From positions 19,778,001 through 19,842,000 of the forward strand of contig CM074514.1 of NCBI GenBank assembly GCA_037379345.1: a stretch of DNA of 64,000 nt, written 5' to 3'. How positions within the stretch are numbered: the first letter of the stretch is position 1; each line of letters begins with the position of its first letter. Made by a program: the position numbers and the translations under genes. Positions 13,933-25,500 of the stretch are shown in pieces. The stretch comes from Perna viridis. Taxonomy: Eukaryota. The notes beneath the pieces were generated by a model that did not search any database, had not been told where the DNA came from, and saw nothing but the letters and a program-made list of their open reading frames with translations.

Positions 13933-14729
13933 AACACCCATGATTCTTTTCACATCTACTTCTTTCATTCCGTATCATTAGATGAATTAATCAGCCAATT
14001 TACAAAGTAAGAATATGGAATCAATATCTTCCAAAGAATTATATTTTATTTCACATTTTTATGTATGAAGCCATTAAAATTAGATTAATTTGTCTAAATA
14101 TTTTTTTGAAAAACTAGTTGGTACATGTTGGAATTTAAATGACATATATATATATCCCTGGTGGATTATTAGATCATACAATTCTTTTTAAAAAACTACC
14201 ACATTTTCTTAATTAAGATTACATGTACCTGCACAGTTATGTCATAGAAAGTTTAGTTCACATTTAGAATGTACAAAAGGGGGTGATTAAGTCATTTATT
14301 TTAAATGGTCAGTTTTAAACATTGTATTACAATAATTAATATCTTAACAAGTTGTAAAGTTGAAGCATGTGTTATATATAGATTAAATACTAGATTGTAT
14401 TGAATAACTGTTGTCTTTTTCCTTATCTCTACTCTACAATAAAAAAAAAGGATTTATCTTTAATAGAACTTTTCTAAAAAGGTAGTATTCAATAAGAGAA
14501 TGATTTCACATCATGAGTTACTCATACTGTAGTTTTATTTGTTATTCTTTGAGAGTGGGACTTATACATATACTTATAGATGAAAACTTAATGATGTAGA
14601 CTTAAAAAGTAAGTACATTCACTATGGTATCAGATGATTGTCTACCTAGCATAAGTTCATCATCTCACTCCAACATATTTGTAGAATTTTCTGGTTACTT
14701 TCTGTTGCCATTTTTGTTTTTTTCATCTT

Positions 14730-15235
14730 GTGTATTCTATCAACTGTTGCCCTATTTGTTGTTATATGGTATCAACCATTTTTATGGTTTTTTACACTAT
14801 CAACCATACTGCCCTGTTTGGCTTTTTCTGTGTAATGTATTAATCTTGCAGCTCTATTTGGTTCTCTTGTGTATTGTGTCAGCCATGTTGCCCTATTTTG
14901 CTTTGCTTGTGTATTGTGTCAACCATGTTGTCCTATTTGGCTTTTTGTGTGTATTGTATTAATCTTGCAGCTATGTTTGGTTCTCCTGTGTTTTGTATCT
15001 GCCATGTTGCTCTCTTTTGCTTTGCTAACTAGTAGATTGTATCAGCCATGTTGCCATATTTTGCTTTGCTGTTATATTGTATCAGCCATGTGGCCCTATT
15101 TTGCTTTGCTATTATATTGTGTCAGCCATATTGCCCTATTCTGCTTTGCTAGTAGATTGCTTGTTGCCATATTTTGCTTGTGTCAGCCATGTTGCCCAGT
15201 TTGTGTTTTCTGTGTATTGTATCAACCATTCTATT
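14730..15235. repeat. Old degenerate minisatellite, ~37 bp unit
   Basis: tattgt(a/g)tcagccatgttgccctattttgctttgct recurs; explains the Cys/Leu-rich spurious ORFs 14624..14962 and 14869..15240. Confidence 0.85.
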
Positions 15236-15259
15236 ATTAATATCAAGGAAATATGATTT

Positions 15260-16057
15260 TTAGCTCACCTGGCCATAGGCCATGTGAGCTATTGCCATCA
15301 CTTGGCATTCGTCGTCGTCTGTTGACATCATTAACAATTTTTCAAAACTCTTCTCCTCGGAAACTACTGGACCAATAAGAACCAAACTTGGTATGAATGT
15401 TTGTTGGGGTATCGTACATAGAACGTAGGGGTCAGAGAGTAGTTTTTCGCATATATTTCCAAAACCATAACGTTTAGCCAAATTCTGACATGGTGTTAAA
15501 CGAGGTCTATCTGTGGTCAAATTTTCATTTTAATCTGTTAAGCCATGTTTGAGTTATTGCCCTTTTTCAACGTTTTTTGTTGTTTTTAATGTTATCCCTT
15601 TCAAAAATCTTCTCCTCTGTCAATACTTGACCAATTGGAACCAAACTTGGTATGAACCTTCCTTGGTATCCTGCATAGAACGGATGTGGGAATATTTGAT
15701 CTGTCAAAAAATCATGGCTGCTGTTACTAAAAATAGAACATAGAAGTCAGACAGTAGTTTTTTGCATATGTCTCTAATACTGTTAGGTTTAGCCAAATTG
15801 TGACAGTGGGTAAAAGTGCTCAGCATGATGAGATCTATCTGGTCAAATTTTCATTATTATCTGTTAAGCTATGTTGGAGTTATTGCCCTTTTTCGACATT
15901 TTTTTTGCAAGAAACTTTCTATTGCTAAAATGACCCATGACAGTCCTACCAAAATCTTCTGGAGTTAAAATTGTTGGACAACTCCTTGTTAAATTTATTG
16001 CCCTTGAAAGACAACCTTTAACAGGTGAGCGTTTCAGGCTCCTGGGAGCCTCTTGTT
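15260..16057 (+). mobile_element. Apparently complete HINE/Helentron-type non-autonomous element
   Basis: Starts in a T run. 5' subTIR agctcacctg (15262) with hairpin partner gtgagct, (gtc)n microsatellite, two long internal repeats, 3' subTIR caggtgagc (16022), terminal hairpin aggctcc-tg-ggagcct (16036-16051), then cttgtt. Confidence 0.8.
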
Positions 16058-17034
16058 TTAGAAGTGAAGGAAATATTTTCTTAAATCCTGAATCTATATG
16101 CGTAATTAGGGATGATGTAATTTTACCTGATGTTTTTTTTGTTTCAATCTTATTACCATGTACTTCTGTTTTCTACAGACATGTAAGTAAACAGTGACAA
16201 ATAACAGCTTGCATTCAATTGAACAGTAATATCTAATAAAAATTTAAACTTCTTACAGAAAAAATTCAATATTCCGTTTGATGGACTTTAGCTTGACATA
16301 ACAGAATATCTAGATCAACATTGGACTAGCTATCATATGTACATATCTCTGATGAAAACCACTGTATTTAAAAATCTTCAGTGTCAATACACTAGAAATA
16401 TCAACATTGGTATTCTATTAATTTGTGTTTACACAAACAAACATTTTTACTAGGGATATGAAAGTAATTATTGATAAGAAAACTTCAGCTGACACTTTGT
16501 TAAAATAACTTTATATTGATTGTTAGGTTTGAAATCATCATTTCAATGTCGTGTTATTACTACAATGTGGTTAAGAGAAGTGCATAAAAGAGCCGAGCCT
16601 TGATGCAACCACAAGATCTATTTGACATATTGGACAATTATTATTGCGTAGTACTGAATATAAACACAAATTCCTTTTGACAAAATGAGGTTGTTCTTAA
16701 TTTCTAAATTTTAAATTTTATGACATGTAAATAAGACATATCCTGTTGATTTATGGTTTGTTGTGGTGGATTTTTTATTTGTAATAACATGTTTTGCATA
16801 TTTACATTTGCTAGAACGAGACCGAAACAGGAGGTTCTTTTAAGTTTTTTGGTGCATGTAAGTTCTCATATGATTACTGTGGTCTTTCAGTCCCAGGCTG
16901 TAGATGGTCCTTAGGCTGGTAGCTTAGTCTTCACTTCCAACTTATCTATGAATTATGTTTCTCTTTATTCAATATTTATATTTCCAGGTTAGTTATATTT
17001 TTAAGGTTTTTTTTTTGCCTTGTTTAAAAAAAAA

Positions 17035-17218
17035 TCTTTTTAAGCAGTTAATCATATTTAGTATTTGAATTTCGTTAGAAGGAACTTTAGGAATCTATCA
17101 TGGATGTAAAGGTTGTAAAATGAGTTTCTTTTTAAGCAGTTAATCATATTTAGTATTTGAATTTCGTTAGAAGGAACTTTAGGAATCTATCATGGATGTA
17201 AAGGTTGTAAAATGAGTT
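17035..17218. repeat. 92 bp tandem duplication (2 apparently identical copies)
   Basis: tctttttaagcagttaatc...aaaatgagtt at 17035 and 17127. Confidence 0.92.
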
Positions 17219-19976
17219 TACTGATGAAATTAGAGTGCAGTATTTATTTGCAATTTTTAAATCAAGATTAATCAAGATTGATGACATTGAATCTTTAAAT
17301 ATGATTTCTCTATTCTGTTAATATATCTGGAATATATCGGTGAAAATTGCAATACCTCTCAGAGGTAGTGTTTAACTGTAAATCTTCAGTGACCTTAACT
17401 GACCTTTAGTTATGCCACAAAAACTTTGTCATAAACTTCGAACGCTGAGAATGTGTCCTCAAATACTGTAAAGACATTGTCTTTTAATGACAAAGAAGTC
17501 ATGGATGTACTGATGAATGCATGTGAGACAGGATTGCTAGATCTTTGCTACATAACAAAAAGGGGGAAAGTTGACCATGTACCTAGGAAGAATTGAAAAT
17601 GAAGTAACAGAATATAATGTTTCTTAAATGTTTTTAAACCTTTATACTTTGACACCTTGCAGTATTTACAGAGCTGGATCAATACCAAAACTTGGAATGG
17701 ATTCAAATCTGTCTTATTATCTTGGGACTGTTGGCATGATTTGGCATATCTATTACCTAGGATGAAGTAGATAGTTGAAGTTTATTTCCTATTTGTATGC
17801 AGTAAAGACTTGATAAGGAGTTGAATAAGTACCATGATTGCTTTGCAAATATTGCATAAAGAGACCTCTGCATGTACAGCAGGCATTAATATATTGCTCC
17901 ACCCTGTTTAGCTACTATTTTTTGCCTTTAGTACTTAGTAGTCTTTCTGTGTATGTATGTGGTAAAAGATGGAGGTTTATCAGATATAAAGCAAAAGTAA
18001 TTAATGCTACCAATGTAGATGAACTTAAACGGGTGTAAGTTTTTGTGGTATGGCAAAAATCTTGAGTTGTCATTCCAAGTATTTGTCACTTTAATATATA
18101 ACATCTTCACATGTAGAACACTGTTTGTATGTTAACCCTTTCCTGTTGTCTGTGCAATAGAATAAGTAATAATTCAGTGTTTGATTTGAAGAATTTGAAA
18201 ATTTTATCACGAGAATGACTTGTGATAAAAGTAGAAAAGTCTGATTATGAGCATAGTGAAAACAAATTTTGGTTTTCTTTACTGTTTTGGTATTTTTTAT
18301 TTTTTTTTTGTCTCTAAACACATTCCTCATTCCACTTTTATCTCGAACTACCCACCCTTAACTTCCTGTCTGCTTTGCTCCCTTTTTGAGCATAAGGTCA
18401 ACATATGGTCACTTCTGCTTACTCCATGTCATTCTCAACTCTTTTAACATATTTCAAACATTCCTCAGCCATATTGTTTTTGGTCAGCCTTTTTGTCTTT
18501 TACCTTACCATATAAGGACTGTTTCTTTGATGTCTGAACTTTGCACTCTCAGATTAGTTTGATTTCTTGTATAACTTTTATAGACCATTTTGGCTCAATT
18601 TCAAATTAAATTCTTTCCATGTAGGATTTGGTCAATGTTCCATCTATAAGACAGACAGATAAAACAGTTGACAGAGTGATACATGCAGGGTATGAACATT
18701 AAAGGTTGTCCTATAACCCAGACTGCTAACATTTGTAAATAGGTAACTTAAATTGTGCTGGTAGAAAAGCAACCTGAATATATGATCAATTTTCAATTCA
18801 GATACATTCAGGATAAGCTTATATTATTTTTGGTAATTAAAGTTTTTATATACTTGCCCAACAGGAAAAATTTTACTAAAACTTTCTCATTAATATTGAG
18901 TGGAACTTGGTTTGTAGATAGCATTCATTGAAGTATATGGACCTTAATGCACTTATATAATTTGACCATATAACTTTGAAACATGATGCAGATGGTTGCA
19001 GTTTTGATCTACATGATTTATGCAGATGTATTAAGTAATATTTTAAATAATGAAAACTTTTATAAATCTATTTATGAATACTTTTTAGGTTCTAACTCTA
19101 CAGGGTAACTTGGTGTATTGCAATAGAAAACTTCATAGCCTTGCATGTGTAGAAACTATTTGATCTCTTTAACAATAGTTATAAATTTCTCCAACACTAA
19201 GGTCACTGGTTCTATAAATTATTCACAATTTATTTCCTAAATTTAAATACCATAGCTGAATGAAGACTTATTTATTGTCTAGTAACTACTTGTTGTACTT
19301 GTGTTGAGAAGTTTTCCTGTGAAATGAACTGATCGTTGGCTCTGTCTCGGCAATCAATGACTATACCAGTTTATGCTGACTACTTCCATACAGAACTTGT
19401 ATTACAATGATTGTAAAAGGTTACAATTGACCCACTTACGGTGGAAGTTATATTGATCATTGATTAGAGCCTGTTTTGTTCATTGATTGATTAATTATAA
19501 AGTGACTTTATTGATGTGAACTACAATTACAGTGTTCTTTATGAGTTTAGGTTGATAACTTGATTAACAGCTTCAGTGTTTCATGAAGTATCCAATATTT
19601 TCAACCAATTTTACCATGTTTACTATATTGCAGTATCTCTATAAGGAAATAGCAAAATCTTGAAAAATTCACAACTTTAAGACCTGTCAGAATTGTGGCT
19701 TGTATTTATGTTCAAGGATGTTTGAATGATGCTTAGTGCAATAATACTGTAAAGGTACATTTTTATTACATGTTGTTTTTTTGTGGTTTGGTCAAACAAA
19801 ACAACATAACCAGAAAACTGAGCTTCTACAAATCATGAAAATTAAAACATGTCAATAAAAGTGCCGACATACAAGAATCTTTTGTTAGCCATTGGATAGA
19901 ATTACATCTGATAGTGTTACACCAAAATGGGTTATCAGCTCACTCTTACAGATGTAACCTTTCTCCTAATGTGTCA

Positions 19977-20495
19977 GCCCCGTGCAGGTCCGGGTGTCAA
20001 AAGAGTAGACCTGCAGCAGCGCTAGGCTTGTCGTAAAAGGCGACTAAATAGTGTTCAGAACCCTAGCCGGGGGCTATGGCGCTCTGCCCACAGAGCAACT
20101 GGAATGTGTGCCCCAGGTGGTGGAATGGGGTACCCCTGGTGTGTAACATGCTGGGGTTGTCAGGCTATAATACGGAAAACCTGACCGCAAACCATAGTGG
20201 TGCACTGTGTTGGGAAAGATACCACGTTCCTCGCACGTTAAAGAACCCTACTGTGGTATTCTCCCGGAGTACGAACCATAGGGCTCCGCCACAGGAGGCT
20301 AAATTGCCCGATCCTACCCACCTCTCCCTATTTCCAGTGGCAATCAAAATTTGTCGACCCCATTGTCCTTGTGTCCCATCCCTTTTTTATTTCATCATTT
20401 CATGTTCATTTTATCGTCAATTTCATGTTCATCGTCTGAATATAGCTGAAATATTGCTGCTCAGACGTTAAACCCCAACAAACAAACAAACAAAA
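19977..20495 (+). mobile_element. SINE-like retroposon, 519 bp, with (CAAA)n tail and 12 bp TSD
   Basis: TSD cctaatgtgtca (19965-19976) / cctaatgggtca (20496-20507). GC- and CpG-rich relative to flanks. Internal gcacgttaaagaaccc. 3' end gctgaaatattgctg...gacgttaaacccc(aaca)n. Confidence 0.85.
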
Positions 20496-22501
20496 CCTAA
20501 TGGGTCATGATTCTCTGATGTTTAAATGATACAGCCATCATTTCTAATCTGATTCCAGATATGCCAATCATTTTGATATGGTCTTACAAATTTCTTTAGA
20601 AAAGGTGGTCTAAAGATATATTCTGTTTGTTGCACCATCTGTTTCTGAAATGGTGGATGAACTAAGTGATTTTAGCTGCTGGTCTATTTCTTAGTTACTG
20701 TTTCTTTTGGATACATGTACATGTTTATTGTATTATAGTTTTTTGCTAATTTATCATAACTGTTTAAATGACTTAGAATCTGTTTTATGGGTTTAACTGA
20801 GTCATCCAAACATTTTGTATGTATCTATGGGAAGAATCTGTTGAGAAAACGCCTAAACCTTTTTTGAGTATGATACCACTTGTAGAATAGTAAGAAATTA
20901 ATTTGTAATGGTTTTAACATTGCCATATAATGAGAAATAGTGCACGATTGATAATGCCATCTGCAGCGGTGCAGTAAAGTAATTTACAAGTGGGCGGAAT
21001 AGGATTATAACGTACTTACATACTTATTTATTGATGTGAGGTGGTGGCCCATCCAGGATTTACTTTCGCTAGTAAGGATAACATTTATTTTCCCAGCATA
21101 CAATTTTCCTTATTATTTATCAGTGTTAGACTGTTAAAATTTCAGATTTTTTTTTCTCAGTGTAGTTTGTGCTTATACTTTAAAAGAGTTAAGAGTGTCA
21201 TAAACTTGGCTGCTTTTTGGTATTTTATAGGTACACTCTTCATTATTTTAACTCTAGGATTCCTACCACTCAATGAGAGTTTTTCATGGTCTTTTTATCT
21301 TCCTGAAAGAAACTCTAGATCTTCAATAAAACCTTTTAAACTTAATTAAAACAATGAATAGCCTGATAACTTAGCATTTCAACCACGACTTTAGTCATTG
21401 ATGACTATTCTAATCCCATTTCCACCCAAACAGAGTTTTAATTACTACCAGGTATTTTTGTTTAATTAGTGAAGACGGCTCTCTTCTGTTAATATACTAT
21501 TGAGATGTTTTATGTCCATAATAGTTGGGACAGACTGAGTTTCAGTATCAACTGATTTCATCATGCCGGTATATCGCTTTTTTTTTTATTTTTTTTTTAT
21601 AAAGTTCATTATAATCTATACAAAATACAGGCCAAAAGGATTATATTTTAAATAGTCCTCAAAGTTTTGTATCACTCAAAATCTCATTATGCACATTATG
21701 TATGATTTAGGAGAATACAGGAGAACTCCACCCAATTTGCTGCATTCTATTTTAGGGAACAAGAGTGGGCTAAACTTGTCCTTCTGGTACCACTGAAAGG
21801 TTAATAGTTAGACTGTTCAGAATTAAATTACCTGACCTCCTTATTTAAAAATAAATATTTGGGTAAAATTTGAAACACAACATAACGAATGGTATCATGT
21901 TGAAGTATTTTCTGTTAATTTGAGCATTACATATATGAATAGATTTGTTAGGATGAGTTTTAAAAAAGAAATATGTTATCAGTTAATTACTAATTGATGA
22001 ACCAGTGTCTAAGTAGTGCAAGGAGTAAAAGTTTAAAGGTTCTACAAAAAAATCATAGAAATATTACCTTGTCAGTTCAGTTATATACAGATCTTAAAGA
22101 GGCATCTATATTATTGTTAGCCATTAACAAGAGGTTAAGGGTTTCTCACAACAGAGAAAAATTGATCACTTTTGTAAATGAATAATTTTTTTTCTTAGTG
22201 ATATTGCTTTGAACATTGAAGTCTGGTTTAAGGAAGGCTAAACTTCATAATTGTAAGAGTATTTAATTGAACAGAGTCTAGGATTGCTTTATATTTAAAA
22301 ATGTAGCCAACATAGAAAAATTGCGTAATGGAAGTCCTCTTAAGTTGATATAAACTATGAATAAAGTAATTTTTCCTTTTGAAACTAATAAATCTTTATG
22401 AAATGTCAGGTATATATGATATAAAAACTACAGTGATACAACTATACTCTGCAAAGCTTTTTTTTTGTCATTGCAGATAAATAAACAAAGGTGCTGTAAA
22501 G

Positions 22502-22563
22502 ATGGAGGACAGGGATCGTAGGGGTGACCCTGAAAGAGGGGTCGAGGATATGATAAACCTCAG
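22502..22563 (+). CDS. MYO15: Myosin XV coding exon 1 (exon starts 22477; [20 protein letters not shown])
   Basis: Acceptor ttttgtcattgcag ends at 22476. In-frame TAA at 22478-22480 precedes ATG 22502. Donor ag|gtgagt. Confidence 0.88.
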
Positions 22564-25500
22564 GTGAGTAAATAAAAGGATTGCAGGGGTGGCCTTGAAA
22601 GAGGGTTGGAGGATATGATAAATCTCAGGTGAGGTCATCATGGGATAGGAGTGTTCACAAAGGTGGCTCTGACAAAGGGTTTAAGATATGAGAATTCTCA
22701 TGTGAATCTAATGTCATTTAGTTGTCTCCTATAAATGAAAGTCTTATAAAGTGTCTGATTCTTGTAAGCCACCATTTATGATTTGTGATCAGATCTTCAA
22801 AAGCCTTAAACACAACAATGATAGTATGGCAGTCTCAAATATTTTGTATTGTGTCACTACCTATAATTTGATTTCTTGTAAATTTGACTATTATCTTCTT
22901 TACTTAGTTACACATTCAGTAAAATTTAAATAAATTATGAAATATAAATTTGATATGCAATGCCAGATTTGATCATTTGCAAAACAACACAACAAAAAAA
23001 CATAAGTATAACAATTAAAAAAAAAAATGGACAGGCAGTTTTTGTTAGTATTTAATATACACATTGCAGGCTGTTCAGCCATTGTATTGTTGTAAACATA
23101 TTGTAATGGTGAAAGTGGCAGATAATTATATAGCACTGTGAACAGTTAAAATTAAGTCTTCAAAGACCTGCAAAAAGTCTATTTATTAGCTAATACTTTG
23201 TAAAGTTGTGGTTTTATACTGATTATAGACATATTATTTGCTCAGATTATATATATTACATAATACCCTATATCATTTCAACAATCGTACTCTGTATTTA
23301 AGGACTTGGTTTTATGAATAATAAGTTTGCACCCTGTTAAGATAGGAATTTTAGTTTGTTTGAATAGTACGTGCTAGGAGAATGTATATTTAAAGATAAC
23401 ATTTTCATCATTTAAATGACCTTCCTGGTTTTTAATTACTGTTTTTACCCCTGAAAGATACATTTAAGCCTTTATCCTAGGAAGCATTAGCAGATGGCTG
23501 AAATCCTATTTCAACTTGAGAAATGTGTTTACTGATTAAAGTCTTGAAGATAACCCCCAAGAATATGAAAACAAAAAGGCAATGAATGAACAGACAAATA
23601 GACCAACAAACAGACTGACAACTTAAAATCCCTTTCGGCAAAGCTGATATTAGCAAGGCACCGTTTTGCTCTCAATTTACCGGTATTGTGAAGACGGCTA
23701 CGAAAGACAAACTTGTCTTTGCTCAAAAAGGAAGTTATTTCAAAATACTAGTTACAATAGCCAATTTAACTGGTGCATCTTTGATACATCTGTCATCACC
23801 ATGTTGTCTCCTGAAATAACATTATGATTTTTTCACATATGAATGTAGTGTTGGTAATGTATTGTCTGTCTGTCTGTTGGTAACCATATTAACTTAGATG
23901 AAATTGATTTTCGAAGAATCTGTTGAATTGGACCCTCTTTCAGCAGGGAGACTTGCTTAAAAATCAAAGACATATGCTATTTGCTTGAATAAAGCCTTCG
24001 TTTCTTGTTTCATTCTTGAATACATCTATTCAGGGCAAATAAAATGGGGGACACAATTATAATTCAGGTATTAACAGATTTTTCACCAGTGAAGTCAAGT
24101 ATTCATGTGAAATATCTTACCCTTAGTAGTAAAATCTGACTGACATGTATTTGTGAGTCATCCAGTTTGGTCTTTATTCAATGCCGTAAGCTTCTTATTG
24201 ACAATAGATCTAATAATATGACATAAGAGTGTATTATGGTTCTTGGTGATAACGAAAGTTGTAAGGCAGGATTAGGTATAAGAATTGTATTAGATGGATT
24301 AATACTGACCCATTTTAAGATGTGTTACTCACACCATTAGTGCATTGAATTACTTAAATGGTCCCTCGTTAGAGAAAGTAGACCAGCATTTAATGTATTC
24401 TTCAAAAGATTTTAATATTTTTCAAGCACTTAACATTTTAAAAGATGAGATGTGCTTATTTGAAAATTAAATGCCTGGCCAAGGAATTCAGGAAGATATT
24501 TTAATGCATTGATTTGATTGGAAGTTACATTCAAGGATTCAAAAGCATTTATGTTATGCTGTCTGTCTGTCTGTTTTTGCATGACTACATCAGATTTAAT
24601 ACAAAAATTTCTGATCAGTGATTTCTATTATGTCATTGTTGAATCTGGCCTTAAATTTGTGGAGGAATGGTCTTATGCCATATGTCCTAAAACTTGGCAG
24701 ATATTTATGTTTTTCTTTTGAATAGAGCAAACTTATCATAAAGCATTTTCGTGCTTAGGCTTTAATTTTCTCTGCAATATGAACTGGTTTTGACCTAAGA
24801 GCTGTAAGCCTAGATTGAATATTTATAGACATGAATTATGTGTTGTTATGTAATACAAGTAACAACATTAGTCTTCTCAAATGAACAAAAGAATATTACC
24901 TGCACACAATTCTATTATTTAGGAAAACATTACATGGTACTGATATTAAGTTCAACCTTGAAAAATTGAACTTCTTAACAGACTTGTTTCTTTGTTGTGG
25001 TATTGTGCACGTAAGAAATCAACCTTCGTACTGCAAAAAAATTGTATATGCTTGTTTTATTGAAACAAGAGAATGCATAGTTTTCTAAAAAAAATCTGAC
25101 TAGCCCTGATCAGTATTCCACTCAAATCATGAATGAAATGGATAAATACATGTACATACAGAGAAACGTATTTGTAGGTGCTGCATAATAACTTTATATG
25201 CTTTTGTACCACTTGCTTCAATTGTCTCTTTTTTTTTTTATAGGAATGGTAGAACTTAAATTAAGTGTATTCCTGGATTAATTTGTACATGGTCCTTCTC
25301 TCTGCATGGTTCTTTTTTTTGAGTTTGGTCTTCATATGTTTAGGATATTCTCCATAAGGCTGTATTTGATACATATCTTTTTGACAATATTATTCTGAGT
25401 TTTAGTCTTCAAAACCAAATTATAAACCAACCGTGCAGAGTTGAAATCAGAATTATGCTTGGATGAATTCAAATTTCATGCTACTTATTGAAAAAAAGTT

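Noticed and set aside
14624-15240. Cys/Leu-rich ORFs (112 and 123 aa) as metallothionein-like or membrane proteins
   Set aside because: They are translations of a TG-rich degenerate minisatellite, with no splice or domain support
20076-20471. 131 aa ORF (longest in the track)
   Set aside because: It lies wholly inside the TSD-flanked SINE-like element, has no recognisable domain, and is explained by higher GC
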